Below, in pieces: positions 52,212 through 64,000 of a stretch of DNA of 64,000 nucleotides. The notes under the pieces are model-generated. The model was not told the origin of the DNA. It made no database searches and saw only the letters and a program-made list of their open reading frames with translations. Each line of letters opens with the position of its first letter. Within the stretch, counting starts at the first letter, position 1. Made by a program: the position numbers and the translations under genes. The DNA lies in NCBI GenBank assembly GCA_030704615.1, contig CM060731.1:50716001-50780000 (forward strand), written 5' to 3'. This DNA is from Takakia lepidozioides. Its lineage: Eukaryota > Plantae > Bryophyta.

Positions 52212-53499
52212 TTTGGGATTGGCCCAAGTGTCAATCCAGGGGTCAAGGCAGATTTAGGCCCTGGAGTGGTTATCTTCATGGCAAGCACGGGAGGCTCATC
52301 TTTCTCGAGTTGAGCCTCACCGCGCCTAGCTATGGCGTCGTAGTGTGGATTCCCCATGGCGTGGGATGCACTTGGCTTGACTTGTATTTGAGTGATGAGT
52401 TTATATATGCATGAGTTTCTGCTTCACCTTTGTGAGCTCGCATGAGCTCGTGCTTGTATTCTTCTTCTTTATCACTCGAATGAGCTCGTATCTGTTAGTG
52501 CCAGATACGAGTTAGTTGTAACACTTATGGTTTTTGCTTGAGAATGAGAGAAATCAGGTTTGGATGCGAGGAGCATCATCAAGTTCGTGGTTGTTAGGAG
52601 CGGAGGCGATGTGGGTTACGAGGTGGTAGACCTTGGCATTCGATCTTCAGCTTCAGAGATGAAAGCACCATGTTGCAGGTAATTCCAGAGCATCTTGATG
52701 GTTTCAGATTGTGTACATACATGAGCAAGCACGATTGGGAAGAAGATCAGTCAAGAGCAGGTTATAGTGGCTTTGGTGGCAAAGCTGAGAATTGGCCTTG
52801 GGAATGCGAGCTTTCATTGGCAATGGCTGTGGAGTGCTTAGTCTTATTTTAGAGAGCATCAATGAGCAAAGGAGCCAAGATAGGGGGCTGATATTACCTC
52901 TTGTGTGAAGAGGATGCATGTGTGGAGCATGCATTCAGCCCATTGAAGCTTCCATCTTTAAGCTTGGAGGGCAAGCAAGGAAGAAGGAAGGGCTGACTTC
53001 CCTTATGTGAGGGTAATCGCGCAAGACTGTGAGTTCTGAAGGAGAAAAATGCGAGCAGCGTCGCAAGATTGCTGAAGCCAAGCAGGGTGCGTTTGCTGGC
53101 AGACTGCTGCAAAAGCTGCATGCAAAGGAAATCGCCAAGTGATTACCTCGGGAGGTCATCCGTGAGCGACTTAGACAAGGCGAGCTGCTTACTTGGCCAC
53201 AGATTGGAGTGCCTAAGTTTGTTGTCATGCGAGATCGCACCAACAACCTTGAGAGCTTTCTGCACCCGAAGGTTCCTAGTGGTTATCGTTTTGGGAGCTT
53301 GTTCGGGGTGGGATTGCGGCGGCGCTGACAAACATACGCCCTGCCTGGACTCCCGATCAGCCTGCTGATGATTTTTTGTGGGAACAATCCATTACTGGCG
53401 TCCCCCAGCACTTGTTTCACCTTTCTGCGCAGGATATTGTGATTTTTCCTTGCAAAACCTTTGATCAAGAGAAGATCGCATGTGTGGAGCATGCCTTTA

Positions 53500-53700
53500 G
53501 CCTGTTGAAGGCTTGCATGAGGCGCCTGATAGATGTAACCCAAGGGGTTGCGGAAGCTCGGGCAGTCCAATTCTGGTATGGGATATTGGACAAGGAGCTG
53601 AGGAGAATGGTGTGGGATGCAACTCTCCTACAAGCGGCCCAACCGACCTTAGCAAATGTGTTTTTGCTGCCAGAGCGGATAGAGCTCAACATGGTGGAGG
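53500..53700 (+). pseudogene. Short gag fragment of the DNMT/PHD gypsy family
   Basis: MRRLIDVTQGVAEARAVQFWYGILDKELRR...ERIELNMVE matches 36400-36590. Confidence 0.85.
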
Positions 53701-54235
53701 CACAATGGGTGGGTGACTATCGGTACAGTCATTCACTGTTGTTCAGATCATACAGTCTGTCTGATTGCCTTTCAAGGAGTCCTTCCTCTTCCCTTCTTTA
53801 GCAGGAACTACTGAATTACGAGCGTCGTTAACGCCATTCGATTCTCCTCATGAGATTTATGTACCTATGTGTTTAAAGAGAGAGTGAGGGTCGGCATACT
53901 GTCAATCATCGTTGTTCAGACCATACAGTCTGTCTGATTGCCTTTCAAGCAGTCCTTCCTCTTCCCATGCTGGCGACGGTAATCACAGTGGAGTCAATCT
54001 GAATAATCTGCACTTACTATCCGCCCTAAACTATACTGAATGTCGTTGCCGCCAATCACTTGCACATAGATGTCATTACACAACACCGATCCGGCAGGTC
54101 GTTATCTTTTGTGATTGTCGTTAACGCCGTTCGCTATCGCTCTCGCTTTTGTTTTGAATACGGCAGTATCAGCTTTGCTTGTGTAGATTGTGCTGAATTG
54201 TTTCACACATTCATAGTGAGTTTCTTTGAGACAGA

Positions 54236-55540
54236 GTGATGGTCGTTACCGCCATTCACTATTTGCAAATTACTCAGTCAGAACTGAATGGCATCGTGCA
54301 GGAAACTGTGAGGTCGAAGCCTACAGGATCAGAGGGGAAAGGATCTGGAGATGGGGACGAGTCCGCAAAAAGCTCAGAGAATACAGATGAAGCAGATGAA
54401 TCTGAAGTGCACTACCTTGACAAGGTGAAAGAACTCATGTCATTCCAGAAGGTAAACTCTCAGGAGGTTATAAGGGACATGCTCGTATCTGGAGGGCGTC
54501 TGGACATTCCTCTGTGCCGGATGATATCAATGCCTGTTGTGTGTTCTTTCCCATGACATAACAAAATTGGAGAGTGATTTTGTGCATGGATATAGACTTG
54601 GTGCACAAGTTTTTTATGTGTCACTGACGGATATAAATGGGAAAAGCACATTAGTGTCTCCAGAGATCAGTGATAACTGGGATGAGTGCTGGAAAGATGC
54701 CAATGAGGAGTTCGAGCTGGGCCTCATGATGGGAAAGAACACCCAGCAATTCTGCAACCACATGTTCTACGTCTGGGACGGCAACCACCGATTGCTGGCA
54801 TGGATGGGATACATTCAGAAACACCATGCGAAAGACAAAGACAAGCATGTTGCTGTGGAGGCAATGGTTTTGGATCCTGGAAACGACATCGCTAGGCTTC
54901 TTACAGCTATGCACGACGTGAACAAGTAAGTCATCCAGGAGATTTCATTCCCTCTGTAGTGTCTTATTAATCCTCAAAAAACAGTGTTAAGGAATGCAAT
55001 GTTTCCAATGTTTTTGCAGATCGATAGAGAAATCGCATGTGACAACAAGCTTGGTTCACTCACTATTCCGAATTCAGAGGATTGGTCTGATGAAGCTGGA
55101 TGATTTTCGGACAGTACTACCACCCAATATCATCAAGAAGTGTGAAACAAGAAGAGCTGCAGGCACTTGGTATTCTTTGACACGAGAGGCACTTCTGGAG
55201 TACATGTATGCGGTAAGCCCGAGTCTGTACTTTGTTTACTTTTCGAATACATGTTTGTAGTCCCTTTGGAGCTAATCACTACTTGAATCAATGCAGCAAG
55301 AACTGGCAGAGGCAGCTGAGAAGGGAAAATCCGAATATTACCGCACTACACCAGAGGAACTAAGGACATCAAAGGGTGTGGAAGCTGCAATAAAGAAAGA
55401 GTTTGAAACCAAATTGATGTCCGCCTTCGGAAAGCAGCTTAGAATAGTAGATCCTGGACTTGGTCCTGAGTTCCTTCAGCAGATCAAAACACACTATGAC
55501 AAGCATGTGCATCCGGAGATGCAGCAGGAGAAATTGACCC
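54236..55540 (+). pseudogene. Intron-containing gene fragment with ParB/sulfiredoxin-like domain
   Basis: FYVWDGNHRLLAW (DGxHR at 54777-54791). Frame-preserving GT-AG introns at 54926-55019 and 55213-55296. Frameshift at ~54550; 3'-truncated by the repeat array. Confidence 0.65.
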
Positions 55541-56560
55541 ACATTTGCAGGATGGACAAACTTCTTCACATCATACATTAAGAAAAAGCCACACTTTGCG
55601 ATTGTGGTTGTCGCACCCTCGTGAAGGATCTTTAAAAAGCTCATGCCAACTCTGTTCAATGATTCAAATTCAGGGCTGAGTCTGATGAGAGGGCAAAACA
55701 GGCTGAAATAGGTCGAAGAAGAACCTGTGCCCTCACCACATTGTCCTCGACCTTGTGTCATGACCCATAGAGGATTTGACTGAACATGAACCCAAGATTA
55801 CCTCTTGTGTGTGCTGCTTGTGTCTGTAGTTAGGTAATGTCGGATTGGTCAGTGAGAACCTGCACCACGGTGCAGCTGAGCAGGCAGACATTGAGACACG
55901 CCCTGCTAAGACCAAGCTGACTCTCCCAAGAACCTTGTAAACATCAGGAAGAATATCAAATCATGGTACTAACAGGAGCCAACAACCCACATTTGCAGGA
56001 TGGACAAACTTCTTCACATCATACATTAAGAAAAAGCCGCACTTTGCGATTGCGGTTGTCACACCCTCGTGAAGGATCTTTAAAAAGCTCATGCCAGCTC
56101 TGTTCAATGATTCAAATTCAGGGCTGAGTCTGATGAGAGGGCAAAACAGGCTGAAATAGGTCGAAGAAGAAGGTGCCCTCACCACATTGTCATCGACCTT
56201 GTGTCATGACTCATGGAGGATTTGACTGAACATGAACCCAAGATGACCTCTAGTGTGTGTTGCTTGTGTCTGTAGTTAGGTACTGTCGGATTGGTCAGTG
56301 AGAACCACCACGGTGCAGCTGAGTGGGCAGAGATTGAAACACGGCCTACTAAGACCAAGCTAACTCTCCCAAGAACCTTGTAAACATCAGGAAGAATACC
56401 AAATCATGGTACTAACAGGAGCCAACAACCCACATTTGTAGGATGGACAAACTTCTTCACATCTTACATTAAGAAAAAGCCACACCTTGCGATTGCGGTT
56501 GTCCCACCATCGTGAAGGATCTTTTAGAAACTCATGCCAGCTCTGCTCCATGCTGTAAAA
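55537..56560. repeat. Tandem array of ~445-bp units (about 2.3 copies)
   Basis: ACCCACATTTG(C/T)AGGATGGACAAACTTCTTCACATC recurs at ~55537, ~55985 and ~56428. Confidence 0.9.
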
Positions 56561-57159
56561 TCAGGGCCGAGTGGGTAGAGATTGAAACATGGCCTGCTAA
56601 GACGAAGCTGACTCTCCCAAGAATGGCGGGCTCCCAGCCGAAACCTCCTCGCACACATACCCTAGCGTTTCTAGGGTTGCTTGCTCCAGATGCGAAGGTT
56701 GATCCAACTGCCGGCCTCCCATGCATGTTTGCCCTCTCTCCCGCTCGCTCGCTCTAAGTCCCAACCCTCTCTCTCTCTCCCTTCCGCTCGCTCTAAGTCT
56801 CTTCACGCTACCGTGATGGGCAACTTTTTAAGTTTTTTAACCTTTTTGTAAACCCTAAGAGCCCATCTTTGATTTTTTTTCTTTTTTTTTTTTTTCTTGA
56901 AGGAAACCACATGCCCTTGAGGAGGGGGGGAAATTCACCCGCCTTCATTTATGGGCCATAAGACGTACAAGACGATCAACGCCCAGACATACCGTCACCA
57001 ACAATCCCACACACGGGATAAGGCAGCGGGTTTGAACCCCAAACCACCAGGGCGACCGATGTGTTTTTTGTTTTTTCTTAAATTCATTCTAGTGGTCAGA
57101 GTCTCCGTTTTTTCAAAATATAAATACTCATATATTATACATATAACCAAAAAAGCATG

Positions 57160-57501
57160 TGTCGACACGTGCAGTCATGTAGTGATTCATCCATGTGATG
57201 ATATGGCAGAATGCATTAGAGCGAGAGTCATGAAGTCATATGTCTTTCTAGCAATATACACACGTCATTCCAGTGTAGCCATGACCGTGACTAGTAGTCA
57301 TATCTGCCATGCCAATATTCGTGGTCAAACATGTTTGACCTGTGTTGCGCAGAGTCCGGAGCCATGCAGTTGCATATTCGCCTTCCCCAGACCTGCATTA
57401 TGACTTCAAAAGCATTTTACGACTGCAAATGGCATTTTTGCCACAAATCTGTCATGACTGCGCACCCATGGGAGTCATAAAAGCCGCAATCTGTTGTAGT
57501 G
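57160..57501. mobile_element. CACTA right terminus related to the Pack-CACTA family
   Basis: Ends ATCTGTTGTAGTG at 57501 (reverse complement CACTACAACAGAT, identical to the start at 22672); AGTCAT/ATGACT subterminal repeats. Confidence 0.8.
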
Positions 57502-59099
57502 AGAGCCAGCACCCACAAGAGTACCAATGAGCCACTCTGGTTTGATAACTACAAGAAACCTGCATGGGTATTTGGTCAACTGGCTGGAGTAGAGCAGTTC
57601 ACCGGTGGATGGTTGAAACACCTGCAGGTGAAATCCAGGGAATCTGTGAGAACTACATGGACATGTTGGGAACTCGTAGATGACTTGGGAGCAGTTTTTA
57701 ATGGCGAGAACGTTTTTGTGTTAAAAATTTATTTAAAATAATAATTATAATAATTATTTAAAAATTTATTTTTTAATAAAAAAAAAACCCCTTTGATCTA
57801 ATTTAAATGATTTAGAGCCTAATTGGTCATATCTTTGTCAAATGGACTCCGTTTGGCTCAGTTTTTGGGGGGATAGCTGCAGAAAGGGGAAATCTACATA
57901 CTCAGACCTAATTTTAGTTTTTAGGACTCTGCTAAAAATCTATGGAATTTTTTGAGTGTGAGTGTGCGATGAAATATCCACAATTCTGTTTCTAGAACCT
58001 GTTGTGGTCTACATGAGAGACAAATCTGTGGATGTCCTCCTTGTATGGCTGGGGGAAATGAGGACGTAATTGAAGGGCAGATCTCTTCTCTTAGCCTGTG
58101 CACACAAGGGGACAAGATTTATGTTTCTCAAGGGACTTAGACTGATTTGAGTGGAGAGGAGTTGGACGAGTTGATTGCATACTGGGAGTCAGGCATTAGC
58201 AGTAGACAACACACTGCTATAGTTGGCGTTGAGGGCCTCAATATTGCTTTGGACAGTCAGAACTCTGTTGGAGCCAGCAGTTTTGTAGCTATAGGTGAAA
58301 TACCAAAGTGGGTGAAAGCTAGGTTTGGAACACAGCCAAAGACAGCCCCAGGGACCAAGGTGTTTAGCCACAAGGCCGTGGTGTACTGGAGCAGATGAGT
58401 AGGAGCTATACAAGTTTGTGCAATCAGACATGGTTGCAGCCGGACACGTTCTACACGGGGCAACCACGAGCGGGGGTTCATTAGCAATGAAAAGTTTGTT
58501 CTGCTTGAAGGAGATGCAGTTATTCGCAATGAGGACTCCCGCAATCGTCTCAAAGCAACGACGCAATGGCGTGAGCGCGTGAGCGTCATGTCAGCATGCT
58601 GATGTGGCGGTAAATGATGACGTGGCACTGTCCGTCATCTGCCACGTCAGCATTAACATGCGCCGCCTATAACCGTGGATGGTCCTATGACCGTGGAATT
58701 AATGCAGGGAATCTTGCCTAAATAGAATCAAGACGAGCGTTGAGGCCTACAATTGCAGCATCCAACATTGTGCAATTACAAATGCTTGTTTCACTTTTAC
58801 AATTACGAGGATGAAAAAATATCCTCACAAAGTGTGCGCCATAAAGGCTGCCACGGGAAGACCTTCCTCCCTCCTCAAATAACAATGAGAGTTAGGATCA
58901 TCTTCAAAAGATGATTGTACTGCATAGCGACAACAAGACATGTAGACTTCGAATGGTGCAATGACAAATGTGCACTACCTAAAAGTTGTCACTCAGAGCT
59001 CACTCCGTATAGTTGGAGGCCATATCATTGCACCGCCAACGAATTACGTGAATTACACATTTCAAATCATGGTCGTCCACATACCACATTGCATAGTTG

Positions 59100-62000
59100 A
59101 TGCTACCCATGTGTTGTATCCCGCTACAAAAGAGTATCGACCTCGTTGAAACTCATAGTGGCCTGGTGAATGAAGTTGTCATGTTTGGGATCGCAAACCA
59201 TCCTCTTCAAAAATATGAAATACAAATGTTTGCAGGGTATGAATTTACCTCTCTTGCCCAAACTGGTTGATATCATATTCACAAAATCAGGACATGTGCA
59301 ATTGGGGAAATTGGAAACCGTGATGTCGTAGGTCCTGTCATGAACAACAGATGTGGAAGTGATGATTGTGAATACCCGACCATATCCTGGATCGGGTACT
59401 TCCGTGGTGCTTCCAACACGAGCTTGGAGCATTCTTGCGGACTCCACTTTGCCAAAGTGTTCAGCGGTTGGAGGGGAAACGCCGAACAAGCTTTCCATCT
59501 CGTTTGGTTGACCACAAGTCAGGATTTGCCAGGGGGGACCCGGGAGGACGCAGAAGTAGTAGCACATGCATGGAGTTGGGGTTGTCTCGCAAGGGAAAAA
59601 CCTGCCTCCTCCAGCATTTCAATCTCCTGAAAGCTGAGATGTGTTCCCACCTTCACGGGCCAAACGGTTGGAGGAGATGGCTTCATCACTACGGAAGGAC
59701 GCACAGTTCCATGCACACATCTGGCACAATCATCTGTGCAGAATCAGAACTTGTGGTTCTTGGCTTCTGGTTGACCGTATGGACGCATCAAGCCCGTGAA
59801 AGTCGGAGCAGGAGTTCGGGCACCACCTCTGGATATAGATGAAGTACACTTCTCGAAATTAGTTGCCCTGATCGCTGTACATTTCACACGAGACCCTACA
59901 CTTGTGCGTTCTATGTGCCAAACGTGGTCGGGGCATGCGGACTCAAGCACATCAAGGGGGTTGTTTCTCTCCTGCACCATTTTCAGTGACACTGTTTGAT
60001 GCTGGAGCTTGTCGTCGTGTTGGAGGTTCCTCCACAATGGAGGTTCCGGACATGGAGCTGTTATGCAAGGGAACACGAGGCTTCGAGAAGTTATCACGGT
60101 CTGCCCTGTGGGAATTTGAATCCGAACCAGGTGGAGTGTTCAATTTCCTCTTACAGGAGCCGAATCTCTCCTCCTTTTCAAGATGTGGAACTCTAGAAAC
60201 AAGTGGCGTTCCCTGGGCATACATGCTCACCGCCCGTGCTATCTTGATTGGATCCCCATATCTGTTTGCAGCACGCAACATCAACTCCCATTTGTCCGGA
60301 CCCTTGCCACCAACCCCACCTCGTAAGAAATCACGGTATCGGGTTTGTTGTTGCAAGGCACGTATCAAATCATCTGTTGTTGCCACATACAAATCCCGAC
60401 CTCGTTTCCCAGACTGCTGCAACCATGCGTTGTGCACAGTTTCTGCCAAATTGCAAGATGACATGTCCACCATTTCCTCAATGAACATGTTCTGCAAAGT
60501 GCAGAACCACACTTCAAAATAGTGAACAGAAAACAACATAAAGAAAGCGAGGACACAATAAAATGGAAAGCAAATGTATGAAAAAACAATAAATATAAGC
60601 CTCGTACCAATGGCATGGCTGCTCCCCACTGTCTATACCGGAAGTGCCAAAACGCCAGCCAATCTTCCAATGCTCTCATACTCTCAAGTGATGCAGCTCC
60701 AAAAGAGAACCACCAGGCACAAATTGTCTGGAACAAAGTGTCCGCCTCCTTCATTGTTCTAGCATCTTTGTACTCTTTGCACAATTTACGGTGCTGAGTC
60801 TGCATCTCTGGTTTGATGTCCGACTTTGTATGTTTTTCCAGAGATTGTGTCCAATGGAATAGACATGTACGCTCTCTTCCTCGCATTGGAACTTTTTGGT
60901 CGCCCGATCCGAAGACAATACGAACAGCATTGAAATTTGCTTGAGCACTATCCGCCATGAAACCTGCAAAATTTGGAGATGGCAGCCCATGACACGTATC
61001 AGGGAATTCCACATGAGCTTCTGGGATTCCGTATCCTCGGATTGCATGTCACAAACTGCAATTGTCATAACTCGTTGGTACACTGGATCGTAGACATGAC
61101 AAGCCATTGTTGTCCAATCCTTTACTCATTTCACATGATCAAACATAAGAAAACAGTTCTGCAAGTCCCCAGTCTTCTGCATCCGCTTCACGAGGCTAAC
61201 CCCACTGCCCTCCCCAACAGTCGACATTTTGAAAAGAAAAACTTTGATGGTACCTTGACCTAGGAATACATTGTCCTGGATGTAATCGTACTTGCTCACT
61301 CGTTTTTATTCCAAAATATTGTCTATGTAGCCTCTGATCCCCATTCTCAATGCATTGATCTGATGCCGAATGTTCGGTGAACTTAAAGTGGAGAAATGAT
61401 CCATGACCAGGTCCAATGCTGCACCGTCAAGTTTAGTCCCCACATAATCCCCTTCACTCAAAATATGGCTTTCCAAGAAGGACTTGCTTGCACCAAGAGC
61501 AATTGCAGATGTTGTTGCGGATGGGTTTCTCCCGAACTCCTGTTTAATCAACCTCGATACTGTCTCAACACTCTCCCTGTAATCCCCCTTCGAGACAGGA
61601 TGGTTATGGAATCCGAAATGCACACAAGCTCTTGTCATTGTTTTCAAACGGTGGACAACATAGTACATTCTTGCTCCGCAAAGCGCCAAGCAGGATGGCA
61701 CAAGTTTGCAGAATTTGCAGACGAAAGTGTTTGCCGGTGGAGGGGCAGTCCCAGGCTGAAATGGATTTTCCGCCAGACCCTCCCATTCGCTTTGATTATG
61801 AACCCCAGACTGAAGAAAGTGTCTGCAATTCAAATTATCACACCTAAGGTGTCCATTGCAAACTGTCCTCCTGAAAACAAGCTTGTCATCATTCTGAATA
61901 TTGGATGTTTTTGTTCTGCACCACGGGTGCCCGTCGTGTTTCTTGTCCATTCCATGCATCATGATTGTTACACCTCCAACGCTGCCTTTCCTGAAAGACA
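59100..62000 (-). pseudogene. Mutator-like transposase: GCM/WRKY-fold-like Zn domain, DDE core, Cys-rich region and SWIM finger
   Basis: WCRTKTSNI...VCNGHLRC..C...CKFC..C...C...CVHFGFHNHP; MFDHVK, FMADSAQA, CLFHW, CNLAETVH; SWIM CTCPDF...PCKHLY. Intron at ~60495-60605; several stops and frameshifts. Confidence 0.8.
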
Positions 62001-62077
62001 GCCTGAAAAAGTTATTACTGTAACTTTGATGTTATTGAGAAATTGAGTATGGCTCCCAAAGAGGGTTTAGCACTTAC

Positions 62078-64000
62078 TCACATGAAAAGTCGTTGTCGAC
62101 CTGCTTATCTTCGGGATCGTCATCATTTCGAATTTGAATCCGATCAGTCTGTGTGCCTGAAGTGGAGTCAAACAAAAGGGGGAGGAGCACTGTGTTGTAG
62201 AGGTCAGAATCACCCTTCATGCCAAAAAGGCTTCTTCCGCCTGCCTTGCATGCATGGTAAGTTGCTCCTGCACCACACAGGAGGACATGAACAGTTTGGT
62301 GGGGGGGATTTAAGCAGATGAAACTGTTGAAAGAAAACCAATTCGGAAGGGAAAGAACGAACCTGTGGACACAGAAAGATCGACCACCCGTGCAGAGCGG
62401 TGGCTGCATGACTCCAGCAGTATTTGCATGAACGCTGGGGACTTTTCCTTTGCACCTCTCCAGGGAGTGCCATCTGGTCTCTTCAGAGTCTGACTGAACT
62501 GCATGAAGTTGTACAAAATGTCATCGACATGGGGCTCATAGGGTGGCTTGACGAAACAACCCTGGTCAGAAATCTCAAAGCTGCGGATGGAGGATGGTGT
62601 CTTTGAGGTGCGAATCCTTCGCAGGCAGATCGCCTTGAACATCCTCGTCTGCCAAAGATAACAGGTTAGTGTGGTAAACACAATGTATAGTGGAAGTGTG
62701 TACATCGGCTATTCAGAACTCAAACACAAAAAAATCATTTTTATCACGAATCGGTGATGATCGTTGTCGATCATAATAGATTCTACTAGAGTGGAGCTGC
62801 AGAGAACATTGAAACTCATCATGAAAGCACAAGCAGAAGGGAGACGGCATACCAGCTGACCAGGGAAACCCCCTTTCACAAGGTAGAGGCTGTTCACACA
62901 ATTCCATGTGTGCAAAACTTCAAACCCTGAAGACTTGAGGTATGATGCCAATGCCCGACGACTATCATTGTCACATGACTGAAAAAGCAGAAGTGTCCCT
63001 GCATCAGAGAGAAAGTTATTACAGAACCCGAACACCCAACTCCAGTAGTTGTCCTCAAATTTGTTCCAGCCTGGCGTCTTGCCCTTTGGAAGAACTTCTG
63101 GCACAGCCTGGCCATCCGGAATGTCGAGAATGACAATGTCGGCCGCATAAGTTTTCTGCACACCGCACACGAAGGTGGGACCTGTGCTCACTTGCAACAG
63201 ACATGTTTTTTATAAGAACGAAAGCAAGAATGTTTTCAAAGAACGAGACTGAAATACTGCCAACGAAACTTTCAGAGAAAAAGGAAAGAAACTGGAATTC
63301 TCACCAGATTGAGGAATGAGATTATATTGTCCCAGGTAGGCGATGGCACCCCAGTGTATCCTCTCTTTCGATTCTGCATCATCGATAGCCAACCCTCATT
63401 AACAATTTTCATCTCTCCTGCCGAATCAGAACGGGAAGGGTGTGGCTTGGCATCGAACACGCACTGAACAGTGCGGGTATATCTTCCAGCAGTAAAGTCC
63501 TGCCCACTCTCCATCTCCTTTTCTTTCTCCTTCCCCTTGTCCTTTTCCTTCTCTTTGGACTTGTCTTTGTCCTTTGGCTTTGCTGGTGAGATGGCTATGA
63601 CATCAACAACCTTGTCTTTTGGTTTGCGGCCCGCCTTCTTTCCCTTTTGCGGCGTTCCCTGAGCATCAGGCTCCTTGGCAGCCAATGTTGCTATGTTTCG
63701 TTGGTACTCTTCGTCAGTCAAAGGCGCCAACATCTCAGCGTTATTGTTCAAGTATTTCATATGCTGTTCTTGAAAGGTCGTGTGCTCCGGTGGGCAGTCA
63801 AGGTACCACCCACAGTCTCTGAAGTGAGAAGGACTCCAGTCCTTCAATATCCCTGCAGTATACATGGTTGGATCGTTTGCAGGGTCCGACCACATGTCAA
63901 GATAGTCTGGAATTCCGCTCAGGTGATTTCCTTCCATAAGCACATATTTCGTGTACCTGAAAAAAGGAGATAAATCCCAACCCACAAAAGCGCTCAGTGA
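62078..64000 (-). pseudogene. Multi-exon gene with C-terminal beta-class amino-methyltransferase (N6-adenine/N4-cytosine DNA MTase-like) domain; 5' end outside the window
   Basis: Predicted exons ..63305, 63191-62853, 62648-62363 and 62267-62078 join in frame: ADIVILDIPDG (motif IV-like), FLSDAGTLLL, RGAKEKSPAFMQILLESCS (motif X-like), VVDLSVSTG|ATYHACKAGGRSLFGMKGD (motifs I-II). One acceptor appears mutated (CAA at 63194-63192). Confidence 0.72.

Noticed and set aside
1-64000. tRNA or rRNA genes
   Set aside because: No cloverleaf or conserved rRNA segments recognised by eye; a tRNAscan-SE/Infernal run would be needed to exclude them.

Overview
Eukaryotic, TE-saturated nuclear DNA, most likely from a non-seed land plant (inferred from PLS-class PPR fragments, plant GH35 beta-galactosidase exons, GT-AG introns and plant-type TE families). 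I see no intact host gene; almost everything is nested, decayed mobile DNA: Ty3/gypsy, Ty1/copia, CACTA, hAT and Mutator-like (MULE) elements. Two features stand out, both TE-associated DNA methyltransferases. (1) A near-full-length Ty3/gypsy element (~34.7-43.3 kb) has a C5-cytosine methyltransferase (DNMT3-like motifs) between protease and RT, and its integrase ends in a PHD finger; further fragments of this family occur in the window. (2) An intron-containing beta-class amino-methyltransferase (N6-adenine/N4-cytosine type, ~62.1-63.2 kb) lies directly upstream of a MULE-like transposase and can be spliced in frame to it; an intron-containing ParB/Srx-like gene fragment is nearby. Also present: a 5.9-kb Pack-CACTA with TSD carrying PPR and beta-galactosidase exons with their introns, the two ends of one MULE insertion (shared 9-bp TSD) in inside-out order 14.6 kb apart, a hAT MITE with 8-bp TSD, and a copia element with an internal inversion. 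All domain calls were made by eye from motifs; no searches were run, and many boundaries are approximate.
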